Of a stretch of DNA of 64,000 nucleotides, positions 28,290 through 37,501 are shown piece after piece. The notes below the pieces were generated by a model. That model searched no databases and was not told the origin of the DNA. It saw only the letters and a list, made by a program, of their open reading frames with translations. The position numbers and the translations under genes are program-made. The DNA is from a virus. How positions within the stretch are numbered: position 1 is the first letter of the stretch; the number at the start of each line of letters is the position of its first letter. Location: IMG/VR virus record IMGVR_UViG_3300009130_000002. The stretch is one strand, 5' to 3'.

Positions 28290-29198
28290 TCAATTAGATT
28301 GTATAGCTTTCATTAAAACTGGTCGCATTTTCTTAATGGATTCATTTAGTTTTTTGGTATATCCAGGAGTGTTTCGGTCAGATTTTCCTTTGAGAAAATC
28401 TGTAATAGTAGCTTCTCCAAATGTTTCATGAAAATCAACGTTACCATCAATGGTAGGTAATCTGAATGTCTTAAATGAGTTACTAAGATTACGAACATTT
28501 CTTAGATTATAAGTGAAATCATCTTTATATCGATTTAATAGCTTAGTTACATACAGTTCTGTTTCTGTAGCTTGTTCATTGGTTATCAATTGTTGATGAA
28601 CCATATAATGAATAACTGCAAGTTGTCTCATAAGCTTATAAAATAAAGCAATACCAAATAAGGTTTGGCATTCTTGCATTTCTTTTTTCATAAAATGAGT
28701 ATCAAATCTTGAAAGTAAAGATTGAGTATCAATATTATCTGGAGAATAAAGATATTTAAAAACATTATCAAGATCAGCAAGATAAATAATTTGATCTAAA
28801 ATATTATCTAACTCAACAAAAATATTTTCTGCATTAAGTTGATAAGTTTGAGTTAGTGTATCTATAAAGTCTTCATAAATATCAACTTCTAAAAAAGTAG
28901 TTTCATGAAGGATTCCAGGACTTATAGTTCTATCAACTTTTCCTGTTTTTGCTAAAACATCAAAACCAAGATCTTCACGATACAATTCTGCAGTAGCAAT
29001 CATATCATATACTTTTTCTTTTTTGATATAATTTATTCCTGAAAGCTGATTTTTATGAGCATCATTTATCAATTGAATGGTATTAATTTTAGTTTGTCTT
29101 TCAAGAACATCAGCATGAAGCTCAGCTTCCATCTCAAGGATACTTCTTTTAGGAGTTCTTCCCCAAAGAGAATCTGTATTAAATACTTTACTTTGCAT
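28290..29198 (-). CDS. hypothetical protein
   Basis: 302-aa ORF. Confidence 0.7.
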   Translation of the reverse strand: MQSKVFNTDSLWGRTPKRSILEMEAELHADVLERQTKINTIQLINDAHKNQLSGINYIKKEKVYDMIATAELYREDLGFDVLAKTGKVDRTISPGILHETTFLEVDIYEDFIDTLTQTYQLNAENIFVELDNILDQIIYLADLDNVFKYLYSPDNIDTQSLLSRFDTHFMKKEMQECQTLFGIALFYKLMRQLAVIHYMVHQQLITNEQATETELYVTKLLNRYKDDFTYNLRNVRNLSNSFKTFRLPTIDGNVDFHETFGEATITDFLKGKSDRNTPGYTKKLNESIKKMRPVLMKAIQSN

Positions 29199-29208
29199 GT
29201 TTTGGCCT

Positions 29209-29454
29209 CTAAATTTTTATATAGGTAAGAATGGTATCAAGAGGAATACCAAACAAATTAACAAGAAGAAAAACCACAACACCGATAAAAATTGAAATAG
29301 AAATGAGAAAACAGGTGGATTCGAGGAAGATCCAGGCTGGATACATAAGCCAGCCAGTATGTCTATGCATACTAGTTTCCCATGATTTTCCAACAGATGA
29401 AATTATGGAAACTAACCAAACCATCATAACAATTGTTTGAAGAGAAATTTTCAT
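29209..29454 (-). CDS. small membrane protein
   Basis: 81 aa, hydrophobic; GGAAAAA RBS-like upstream. Confidence 0.55.
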   Translation of the reverse strand: MKISLQTIVMMVWLVSIISSVGKSWETSMHRHTGWLMYPAWIFLESTCFLISISIFIGVVVFLLVNLFGIPLDTILTYIKI

Positions 29455-29467
29455 ATTTTTCCTTAAT

Positions 29468-29544
29468 TGGCGCGTCCAGCAGGACTCGAACCTGCAACCC
29501 CCGGCTTAGAAGGCCGGTGCTCTATCCAGTTGAGCTATGGACGC
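29468..29544 (-). tRNA. tRNA-Arg(TCT)
   Basis: GCGTCCA acceptor, anticodon arm CCGGC-CTTCTAA-GCCGG, TTCGA loop, encoded CCA. Confidence 0.97.
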
Positions 29545-29545
29545 T

Positions 29546-29632
29546 TGGTGCTTCGGGCCGGAGTCGAACCGGCACGCTTTTCACGGCGACGGATTTTAAG
29601 TCCGTTGTGTCTACCAATTCCACCACCGAAGC
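29546..29632 (-). tRNA. tRNA-Leu(TAA)
   Basis: 87 nt with long variable arm, ACGGA-CTTAAAA-TCCGT anticodon arm, encoded CCA. Confidence 0.97.
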
Positions 29633-30573
29633 TACTCTTTAAGCTTATCTACTACTGTTTGTATTAAATAAGAATTCTCATATATATATTGAGTTGTTGC
29701 GGATACAAGAGCTTTCATATTCTTTTCGCTTGCATTATCCATTTTCCTTAAGTTTTCAGGAAGATCGAATTGCAATCTAGTATATGTTCCTCCGTCAGCT
29801 TCACATAGAGTTTTGGTTTGATGATTAATAGCATCACCAATTCCATCTAAGATGACATCGCTAACTGGAGAAGCCCATTGCATTAAGCCCCATTTTTTTG
29901 TTTGTTCATAAGGGTATAGTTCTCCATAATGCCCATTTCCAATAGAAATAATATCCACTTTAGCATTTCTATTTTTCTTTTTGGTTAAGGTATATGCAGA
30001 TAATGCTGGGTTAACAGCAAAAATTCCACCATCAATAAGATTGAACATGTTGTTTTCTGTTCTTGCTTGGACAGATGGAAAGTAAGTAGGAACACTTGAG
30101 GTTCCCATACATACTTCTACCATTTTTACATATTTGGTAGTATCTTCTTTGCTAGAAAAAACAACTGGCCAACCTGATCTTAAATCATAAGTACAAAGGA
30201 TAACTTCAATAAGGGCTTTATCTAGAGTAGTTTCTCCAAACTTCTCTGTTAGCACCTTTTGAAGTCCATCAATAGGATACTTTGGTCCAATCAATCCCCA
30301 TAATGTTTTGACTTTATGCCAAAAACTACTACTAAAGACTTCTGTTCCTAATACATTATATGTATCAATAATGTCTTGAGTGTTATATTTGGGATTACCA
30401 TTTTCATCTGGAATAGCTAAACCACACGAAATTAAACCTCCAGTTGAGGTTCCTGTTAAAACATCAACATATTCATGTATAGGTTTATCTAATCTAGACT
30501 CAATTTCTTTTAAAATAGTTGAACCTACAATTCCTTTGATTCCACCTCCATCTATACTTATGATTTTTACCAT
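29632..30573 (-). CDS. patatin-like phospholipase
   Basis: DGGGIKG, GTSTG, DGG motifs. Confidence 0.92.
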   Translation of the reverse strand: MVKIISIDGGGIKGIVGSTILKEIESRLDKPIHEYVDVLTGTSTGGLISCGLAIPDENGNPKYNTQDIIDTYNVLGTEVFSSSFWHKVKTLWGLIGPKYPIDGLQKVLTEKFGETTLDKALIEVILCTYDLRSGWPVVFSSKEDTTKYVKMVEVCMGTSSVPTYFPSVQARTENNMFNLIDGGIFAVNPALSAYTLTKKKNRNAKVDIISIGNGHYGELYPYEQTKKWGLMQWASPVSDVILDGIGDAINHQTKTLCEADGGTYTRLQFDLPENLRKMDNASEKNMKALVSATTQYIYENSYLIQTVVDKLKE

Positions 30574-30576
30574 TTA

Positions 30577-30795
30577 TTATTTTCCTTTTATATACCTATC
30601 ATGGTATCCCTCAGGATACCTTTCATGCCTTACAGAAACCCATCTTGGAGGGTTATTGCAAAGTCTTTCAAAATTTAAATCTGCTTGTCTTTTGTTGCAT
30701 CTACTACAGACTCTATATTCTTTAGAGAATATCTTATGAAAGTCATGAACGAATTCCCATTCATGGAGCCCTAATGCACATAACATTTTAAACAT
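30577..30795 (-). CDS. small Cys/His protein
   Basis: LCALGLHEW...VCSRC motif. Confidence 0.65.
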   Translation of the reverse strand: MFKMLCALGLHEWEFVHDFHKIFSKEYRVCSRCNKRQADLNFERLCNNPPRWVSVRHERYPEGYHDRYIKGK

Positions 30796-30809
30796 GATAG
30801 ACCTTTTGA

Positions 30810-31190
30810 TTAGTATACGGAAGGTGTTTGTTGAAAATAAGTATATCCGAAATCAGAATTTGATTTTTCTTCTATTGCTTGACCACAAGATGAACATTGT
30901 TTTGGATCATGCAAATTATGTTTCTTTTCATAAGCTGTAATTGCAGCCATTACTCTTGAATAAGCAACCTCATGACTAAGGCATACTTGCCAACTGCTTG
31001 TTCCATCTTTTGTGTTATTTATTTGGAGTTTGTAATGAGGTGGCAATGTTGAATATGGTTCATACCAATTCACATAATATGCGTAAACTTCATCACCTAC
31101 AGTGCATTGTGTAGCGCTCCATCGACCATTATCGAAAGGAGCTTGGAAATAAACAGTTTCCCATTTGGGTTCAACATATTCTTTTTTCAT
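30810..31190 (-). CDS. hypothetical protein
   Basis: 126 aa, GAGGGAAG RBS. Confidence 0.65.
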   Translation of the reverse strand: MKKEYVEPKWETVYFQAPFDNGRWSATQCTVGDEVYAYYVNWYEPYSTLPPHYKLQINNTKDGTSSWQVCLSHEVAYSRVMAAITAYEKKHNLHDPKQCSSCGQAIEEKSNSDFGYTYFQQTPSVY

Positions 31191-31257
31191 TTATCTTCCC
31201 TCTTGGCTAGATAATAAATTAACAAACATATCAAGGTGTATGTAAAATAGCCCCAAG

Positions 31258-31770
31258 TCATAAGGCTGGTAAAGAGTTGACTTCAGCTAGTTTTTTATTT
31301 AATTCTTTTTGAAATTTATCAATAGAAGTTTTTAACTTTTTTTGTTCTTTCAGGTCTGTTCTTAATTGTGCTTCAATTAGAACAATACCTTTTGCTGCAA
31401 GATCATCAGCATGGAATCTATTTCTGTTTCGGAATGTGTCATCAAATTGATGTTGAGCACGTTTCCAATTATTGTTTGAACAAATTTGAGAACAAGTTTC
31501 ATACCATTCTTTATCGATGGCATAAGCAATTTTTTGTAAATCTTCTTGTGCGCGAGCAAAAACTTCTGTTAAGAATTCTTCTTTTTCTCTAGCGCATTCT
31601 AGCTTGTAACCTAAAGAATCAATATCTGATAATAATTGCTGTTTTTTTTGAATTAGGTTTTGTTTTTGTTTTTTATTTAATTTAAGTGGGGATTTATTTT
31701 GGGTGGGAGTATTTTTCTTTTTTCTTATTAGTGCAAACATTGTCGTTTCTCCTGAGGAATTCCTCATCAA
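31258..31770 (-). CDS. hypothetical coiled-coil protein
   Basis: 170-aa ORF; probable start MFALI. Confidence 0.6.
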   Translation of the reverse strand: MMRNSSGETTMFALIRKKKNTPTQNKSPLKLNKKQKQNLIQKKQQLLSDIDSLGYKLECAREKEEFLTEVFARAQEDLQKIAYAIDKEWYETCSQICSNNNWKRAQHQFDDTFRNRNRFHADDLAAKGIVLIEAQLRTDLKEQKKLKTSIDKFQKELNKKLAEVNSLPAL

Positions 31771-31869
31771 CAGACATGAATTTGTCTTTTATTTTATCTT
31801 TAATACTTAAAAGAGTTAAAGCTGTGGTGAAATATAGGCCATATGTAAGAGTAATTATAGAAGAGAATC

Positions 31870-32178
31870 TCATTGTAGATTTGTGATTAGGGTTTTAAAT
31901 GGTTCAAAAATATCCATTTGCTGGTCAATTGCATCGTCATGTTCCATTTGTCTTTTAAGAATTTCCTTATCAATTGTTTTAAGAGCTTGATTTGAAATTT
32001 TAAGTGCTTTGTGAGGATCTGCAGCTAGATCCTCATAAGATTTAGCCATCTGGAGTACTGTTGGAGGTCCAAGAAGAGCAATTAAAAGTTCAGTTTCTTC
32101 TTTATTGGCAGTTGTGCTTCTAATTTGTTCAGCCAATAGACATAGTTCCAATTGTTTTTCTTCTGAAATATTCATTAT
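31870..32178 (-). CDS. hypothetical protein
   Basis: start moved to MNISEE; the track extension runs into the tRNA. Confidence 0.6.
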   Translation of the reverse strand: MMNISEEKQLELCLLAEQIRSTTANKEETELLIALLGPPTVLQMAKSYEDLAADPHKALKISNQALKTIDKEILKRQMEHDDAIDQQMDIFEPFKTLITNLQ

Positions 32179-32198
32179 AATCCTTATATTTTTAAGTT

Positions 32199-32274
32199 TG
32201 GTGGGCCCACCAGGACTCGAACCTGGGACCAAGCGGTTATGAGCCGCTGGCTCTACCAGCTGAGCTATAGGCCC
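32199..32274 (-). tRNA. tRNA with CAT anticodon, most like Ile2 (lysidine)
   Basis: GGGCCTA acceptor, G1-C72 pair, AGCGG-CTCATAA-CCGCT arm, encoded CCA; lacks the initiator GGG/CCC stem. Confidence 0.93.
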
Positions 32275-32286
32275 TTATCGGAAAAC

Positions 32287-32400
32287 GGTGCCACAGAGGG
32301 TTGTGGTGTGTAAGTTGTTTTAGGTTGGTTTTCAATGAATAACGAAGCTCTTTTTACAGCTGAGCTTTAGTTAATAATTTTAAACCCCCTCTGTGACACC
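32287..32400 (-). ncRNA. candidate small RNA with 14-bp closing stem
   Basis: 32287-32300 pairs with 32387-32400; internal hairpin 32345-32367. Confidence 0.4.
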
Positions 32401-32414
32401 AAAAATTGTTTTAA

Positions 32415-32702
32415 CTAAGTAACATTAATTAGTGGAATAAGCTTAGGATCTAGATCCATTGCAATATAGTCTTTGACTTGAGCAGCATATGAATCTTCAA
32501 GGTCAGCATATTCATTAATTATTTCAATAATTGGCCAACGACTACTACTGTCTAGATCAATTATTAACTTTTCTTCTTTTTTAATTTTTTCATAAGCAAG
32601 ATCAAATACTTGAATAAACCAACATTGCAAAGGAGGATCAATCCCTACTGCTATCTGATGATTCTGATCTTTTGGTTTTATTAGACATCGACTCATCTTC
32701 AT
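32415..32702 (-). CDS. hypothetical protein
   Basis: C-terminal part of the track ORF (start near MKMSR); VGIDPPLQCWFIQV motif. Confidence 0.55.
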   Translation of the reverse strand: MKMSRCLIKPKDQNHQIAVGIDPPLQCWFIQVFDLAYEKIKKEEKLIIDLDSSSRWPIIEIINEYADLEDSYAAQVKDYIAMDLDPKLIPLINVT

Positions 32703-32813
32703 CTTCTTTCTTTTTGGCGAATGTTTTTTCCCAATTTTTATTATATTTTCTTTTAGTAACAGAAGATCGGCGTGTTCTATCGCCTTTACCATTTTGCATT
32801 GTACACTCCATAT

Positions 32814-32889
32814 TGGCTCCAGGACCAGGGCTCGAACCTGGGACAAGGTGGTTAACAGCCACCTGCTCTACCAACTGAGCTACCCTGGA
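32814..32889 (-). tRNA. tRNA-Asn(GTT)
   Basis: TCCAGGG acceptor, GGTGG-CTGTTAA-CCACC arm, encoded CCA. Confidence 0.97.
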
Positions 32890-32909
32890 TTATACCAATT
32901 CTGGAAATC

Positions 32910-32940
32910 ATTATACCTTGGATTTATACATATATGTCAA
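32910..32940 (-). promoter_or_regulatory. sigma70-like promoter upstream of tRNA-Asn
   Basis: TTGACA (32940-32935), 19-nt spacer, TATAAT (32915-32910); perfect hexamers but long spacer. Confidence 0.45.
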
Positions 32941-33084
32941 TCTTATTTTCTTTTGGATTGATTTCTTCCCATTCGGCATCAATGATTTGGACAGAGTTAT
33001 CTATTGCTTTATCAGGCCAGTGATGTACTCCATAGTACACCACTGATAACCCAATTAATAATAGATAACAAGCCGTACACATGC

Positions 33085-33378
33085 TTAATTATCGTATCTT
33101 ACGCCATCTTTATCAGTATCAACATAACCAGCAAAAAGTATAACTTCATCTTTTTCTGTATCATAATCAAGACCTAATGCCATATTTTTTGTGGCAACCA
33201 TCATTTCTTCCATAGAAAGTCTTACTTGCCTTCCACTCATTTCAATGTTTTGTTGAGTTTCTTTATCATATCCAACAATTTTGTTTTCAACATCTAATCC
33301 ATAATTTCCAATTAAGATTCTAATAATCATTCTCAATTGTTCAGGATCTCTCAACATATTTTCTATTGTATCCGACAT
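33085..33378 (-). CDS. hypothetical protein
   Basis: 97-aa ORF. Confidence 0.65.
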   Translation of the reverse strand: MSDTIENMLRDPEQLRMIIRILIGNYGLDVENKIVGYDKETQQNIEMSGRQVRLSMEEMMVATKNMALGLDYDTEKDEVILFAGYVDTDKDGVRYDN

Positions 33379-33903
33379 CTATTGTTCCCCTAATGCTGCA
33401 GATATAGTTTCATTTAATGATTCCATTTCGTCTTCTTGAAGTTCGAGGGAATCACCAATGTCTTTTACTGCTTTACGACCTTTTGCTACACGTTTTTGTT
33501 CTTGAATTTCATCATATTTATCTGATTTTTCTTGTAAAGATCTTTTTTGCCATTCAAGATGTTGACCATAAGCTTTAAGTTGCTCTTCTCTCATTGATTG
33601 AAGATAAACTGTTTCTCCAAGACTTTGTTCTTTACCAGTAATTCTAACTAATTGAACTTTATATCCACTTCTTGGAATTTCAAATAAATCTCTTTTATAT
33701 TCAAGTGGACTTAATAAAACACCTTTAAGGGCTTCTCTTTCTAAATTTTGATTCCATGTCCATCCAAGATAGAATGGACCACCAATAATAAAAGCATATA
33801 AAGTAAATTTTAATGCAAAAATAAATTTATTTACAATACCAGTTAAGGTATCAGCACCACGGTCTAATAGTCCAGGGCCTTCATAAGAATCTTCACTCAT
33901 CAC
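33379..33903 (-). CDS. membrane-anchored coiled-coil protein
   Basis: single TM helix followed by a charged coiled coil. Confidence 0.65.
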   Translation of the reverse strand: MMSEDSYEGPGLLDRGADTLTGIVNKFIFALKFTLYAFIIGGPFYLGWTWNQNLEREALKGVLLSPLEYKRDLFEIPRSGYKVQLVRITGKEQSLGETVYLQSMREEQLKAYGQHLEWQKRSLQEKSDKYDEIQEQKRVAKGRKAVKDIGDSLELQEDEMESLNETISAALGEQ

Positions 33904-33935
33904 AGGATTTCCTCCGAATTAAGATATATTTAATT

Positions 33936-34475
33936 TCATTTAAAGGTTATTGAATAAAACCTGTCATCTAATATTCTAGATAAAGACGGTTTAACATTTT
34001 CCCAGGATAACTCTCCAGCTCCACAACCAGGACGAGGAATTATAATTTTATTATAATTCCAAGTGTTAGCTAAGATAACAAGAGCTTTGGCAGATTCTTT
34101 AATCAAATTAAGATCTGCTACTGCAGCCCATCCAGGAACATTCATTCCTGGATCAAATTTGGGTTGCATATGTTTAACAACATTTGTTTTATCCTGATTA
34201 CAAAGAACATGATCAGGCTTCACGGGGAAGGACAGAACATTATAGGGAAGTTCTGCAAGTGAAAATAGCAAGGAGGGGATATTGCCTACAGTTTTAATGT
34301 TTGTTCCTAGTTCCCTAGGAAGAGTAGGCCATTTATTTTTAGCTTGAGCAGCGCAACCACGACCCATAACGGCTTCACCATTACGTTTAACAAAACCATT
34401 TGTAGTGATAGCAATTGCGCAAGCATCAGTTTGTTCAAACAAATTACCAGTAATCTCTCTCATGATAAGCTCCAA
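33936..34475 (-). CDS. macro-domain-like (ADP-ribose binding/hydrolase) protein
   Basis: ITGNLFE, TTNG...VMGRGCA, FPVK, PRPGCGAGELSW. Confidence 0.75.
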   Translation of the reverse strand: MELIMREITGNLFEQTDACAIAITTNGFVKRNGEAVMGRGCAAQAKNKWPTLPRELGTNIKTVGNIPSLLFSLAELPYNVLSFPVKPDHVLCNQDKTNVVKHMQPKFDPGMNVPGWAAVADLNLIKESAKALVILANTWNYNKIIIPRPGCGAGELSWENVKPSLSRILDDRFYSITFK

Positions 34476-34508
34476 AATAAAGGAAAAAAGAACAAAAAAC
34501 AGTGAAAA

Positions 34509-36023
34509 TTAGATTTTGATCTGACTATATCTTTCACTATTTAAGACTTCCATGACAAGATCAATAGGAGTTACTGATCCTGTTTTAAGAAGTTGTTGCA
34601 TAATTGCAGGGCTAAAGCCACTAACAAGAGATGCACCACTCTGATGAGCTTGTACTGGAACTTGACCTTTTTGAGAATGGATATTCCAAAATACAATTTG
34701 AGGAGCAATATATCCAGCAGCGAGAAATTTTTGCTCAATCAACTGATAAGTGGTAGAAATATTATCAGTTTGACCATAATTTCCTACAGCAGAATCAAAT
34801 TGCATATCACTAAAGATCATAACCATTGTTGGCATATCTCTTTGGTGAAGTGAATTCATTTTGGCATGAGCAAGAATGATATCAAAAGTTTTTGTAAGGT
34901 TTGTAGAACCACCCCAAGAAGCTTTTGACAAATTCTTCATCTTATCAAAGATGTCATCTCCTTTAAGGAGTTGCATTTCTGGAACTTCAGAAAAGGTAAT
35001 AAAAGCATCTTTAAAAGGGCCTTCATTTCTTTCTGCAAGATATGCTCCTAGTCCAATAGAAACATCAATTGGACGTGGCTTATCATCAGCATACATAGAT
35101 CCAGAAGTATCAACAACTGGAAGAATTGAATGCTTAGAGCCTTCAGATTTAAGATAATTTGGAAGATTTGCCCATTGAAGAGAAATCATTTCTCTTTCTG
35201 TAGAATAATCTTCAGTATCATGCAATTCACAATATCCCCAACCATTAGCTTCAATTGTATTTAAAACCAATTGAGCTATTTCATGAGGGACTACTGTTCC
35301 TGCATTAATTTTAGTTTTTCCAGTTGCAACATCTTCTAGGTAAACTTCAAATTCAGCTTCGGCATTTCTGATGAAAGCATTTCGAAGACGAAGCATAGCC
35401 TTGCTTGGAACGCGTGAAAAATCAATATCTTTCCACTCTTTTGCGCACATCTTTGATTCTACAACACTATTTAGACGTGTACGAAGTTTACGATATTGAC
35501 GAGGAGTCAAATTCATATATTTGCGAACAGCTAAAGCGATTTCGTGCCCCTTGATACCAAAATAATCTCTTTTTGAAGATTCAGAGGGAAGCCACTTTGC
35601 ACAGAGCGCATTCTCTTCATCAAGAGCATTGGAAATAAGGGCACAAGCACTCGACTGAAGGGGTGTTCCGAATAGAACAAAAAGATCATCCCATCGCCCA
35701 TATTCTGGGATATAATGAATTAAAGATTCAAAAACAGGATATGCTTTTGCATCTGTAGCGAGATGCTCAAAAACAATCCTTGCGGCATTTCTTTCCCCTT
35801 GTCCACCACGAATATCGCGAGTATAGAAAAGAAGCCTTAAGGCTGCTTCTGGATTAGCATTCCAAACTTTTTCCCAGGCTTCTAGGATATCAGTTTTGGA
35901 AGCATAACGAAAAGAGCCAGAATGAAAGAACCAGTCAACTAAAGGACTGAGACTACTTTTATAAGTTGAGGCTCCATTTGTAGTAAAAGTATTGTTTTGC
36001 ATAGATTGAACTAAAGTTGTCAT
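34509..36023 (-). CDS. DUF2828 (TROVE-like plus vWA) protein
   Basis: TTNGA.TY.SS..PLVDWF, RDIRGGQGER, YGRWDDL, CAKWLP, VVDTSGSM, SDMQFD, FWN; start moved to MTTLVQ after GGAG. Confidence 0.88.
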   Translation of the reverse strand: MTTLVQSMQNNTFTTNGASTYKSSLSPLVDWFFHSGSFRYASKTDILEAWEKVWNANPEAALRLLFYTRDIRGGQGERNAARIVFEHLATDAKAYPVFESLIHYIPEYGRWDDLFVLFGTPLQSSACALISNALDEENALCAKWLPSESSKRDYFGIKGHEIALAVRKYMNLTPRQYRKLRTRLNSVVESKMCAKEWKDIDFSRVPSKAMLRLRNAFIRNAEAEFEVYLEDVATGKTKINAGTVVPHEIAQLVLNTIEANGWGYCELHDTEDYSTEREMISLQWANLPNYLKSEGSKHSILPVVDTSGSMYADDKPRPIDVSIGLGAYLAERNEGPFKDAFITFSEVPEMQLLKGDDIFDKMKNLSKASWGGSTNLTKTFDIILAHAKMNSLHQRDMPTMVMIFSDMQFDSAVGNYGQTDNISTTYQLIEQKFLAAGYIAPQIVFWNIHSQKGQVPVQAHQSGASLVSGFSPAIMQQLLKTGSVTPIDLVMEVLNSERYSQIKI

Positions 36024-36136
36024 TTCATTTCTCCGAATAAAACCTTCCCCCCCTAATGGGGGGGGAAGATACAAGATACAGTTTTTTTGATCAGTTTTTA
36101 AATTGCTGGATGTATCTTTTAAATAGCTAAGTACTT

Positions 36137-36208
36137 CAATAATAATTGGAATTGAACCAATATCTTCCTGATTAACCACAGGTGCTTTACCAATTAAGCT
36201 ATATTCAT
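36137..36208 (-). ncRNA. tRNA-like element (degenerate tRNA or Y-RNA-like)
   Basis: TAGCTTAATTGGTAAAGC D-arm, CCTG/CAGG arm with one nt missing, ATTGG-TTCAATT-CCAAT T-arm; weak acceptor stem, no CCA. Confidence 0.6.
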
Positions 36209-36542
36209 TTGATTGGTATGTTTGAAAAATTTGCTGGTTGTACTTATTTAGATAATTTTTCAATTATCAAGGTTAATTAACTGGATTCAGGGATCTTATC
36301 TTGTTTTGCTATATAAGTTAGTTTGCTGGATGAATCCAAAAATAAAACAAAAAAAACAAAAAACAATAAAGATTGTGTTTGGTTTGCTGTATGTTTTTTT
36401 AAAAACTATTTTTGTTTTATACTTGTTTATAAAGATGTTTATATTTTCTATCTAAAGTTAGTTTACTGAGGAAACTGCATATGAAAGCGAGCGACATGAA
36501 ACTGATCATAGAGTATGCAGTTAAAGTTTCGATTTCCATTAT

Positions 36543-36962
36543 TCATTCTTCTTTCGTTTTAAATTCATTTCTGGTTGTGTAATAACCAACAACCCCTTCT
36601 AGTACGGGGCCATGTTGGACCTCTGTATACCTTTTATTCAAAAGATCATTTGAATTTTTAGGCTTTCCTTCTGGAGATACACTCACTGTTACGTGAGGAT
36701 GCTGATTAGTTACAGAAAGATAATCATGAATAGGATTAACTTTTACACATTGGACAAGCGTGTCTTTTGCATATCCTGTAACTTGCAGCTGAACTGTATC
36801 TCCAAGAGGAACATCTGAGAGATCCAAACCTTTTTCAAAATGAATTGTCATATGATGAGCTAATACTCGATCATATAGTTCATCTTGATTCTTAGCGAAT
36901 TCAAGCAATTCATTATGAGATTGTTCTGTTAATTTTACACAAGAGTAAAGTGGTGTTGTCAT
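36543..36962 (-). CDS. 2H phosphoesterase (tRNA-ligase CPD-like)
   Basis: two HxT motifs: AHHMTI and HPHVTV. Confidence 0.75.
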   Translation of the reverse strand: MTTPLYSCVKLTEQSHNELLEFAKNQDELYDRVLAHHMTIHFEKGLDLSDVPLGDTVQLQVTGYAKDTLVQCVKVNPIHDYLSVTNQHPHVTVSVSPEGKPKNSNDLLNKRYTEVQHGPVLEGVVGYYTTRNEFKTKEE

Positions 36963-37126
36963 TTTGTTTCTTTCATTTTCTTGAGAAGACGTGCTTTTTC
37001 TTTATTAGAATTTCCAGGTCGTGATTTAAGAACATCAAGTTGCTCTTTATCAGTACGTGCTTTCCTTTGTTGTTCTAAATGGAAAGCTTTTTGTCGTCTT
37101 CTCTCATCGGCTTCAGTGCCTCTCAT
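36959..37126 (-). CDS. small basic protein (55 aa, not in track)
   Basis: MRGTEADERRRQKAF...; stop overlaps the next ATG (ATGA); GGATGAG upstream. Confidence 0.45.
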   Translation of the reverse strand: MRGTEADERRRQKAFHLEQQRKARTDKEQLDVLKSRPGNSNKEKARLLKKMKETK

Positions 37127-37501
37127 AATAACTCATCCTTTAAGCTAAGTTGTGGTGTTTTGATACAAAATCACCAATTTCTTTTTGTTGATGGTTAAGT
37201 GCATATACTGTTCCTGCACAACCCGTATAAATTAATAGCAATAATAGACTTATTGTTGTTTTAATCATGTTAAAATCCTCCTTTAAGCGAAGGATATAAA
37301 CATAAAACGTAGTTATTTCAATCTATTTTTGCTTTTTTCTCTAATTACTGCCAACCTAGCACCCGCAGAAACTGCAATAAATTGCAACAATTCTTCTTCA
37401 TTCAAAACTCCACCTAAATACATATCGGTTTTAGAAAAGATATCATTTAATGTTGCATCTGTGGTATTTGTTTTAAATGTGCTGTTAACCATAATATTGT
37501 C

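Noticed and set aside
29433-32878. ORFs 29433..29642, 29467..29667, 32638..32874, 32672..32878
   Set aside because: They overlap tRNA genes and are translation artefacts, apart from a possible short real ORF near 32640-32800
36137-36208. Functional fifth tRNA
   Set aside because: The anticodon loop is one nt short, the acceptor stem has two mismatches and there is no CCA; kept only as a tRNA-like element
36024-36263. N-terminal extension of the DUF2828 ORF (584 aa in track)
   Set aside because: It reads through the repeat/tRNA-like leader; the RBS and the family N-terminus point to a start at 36023
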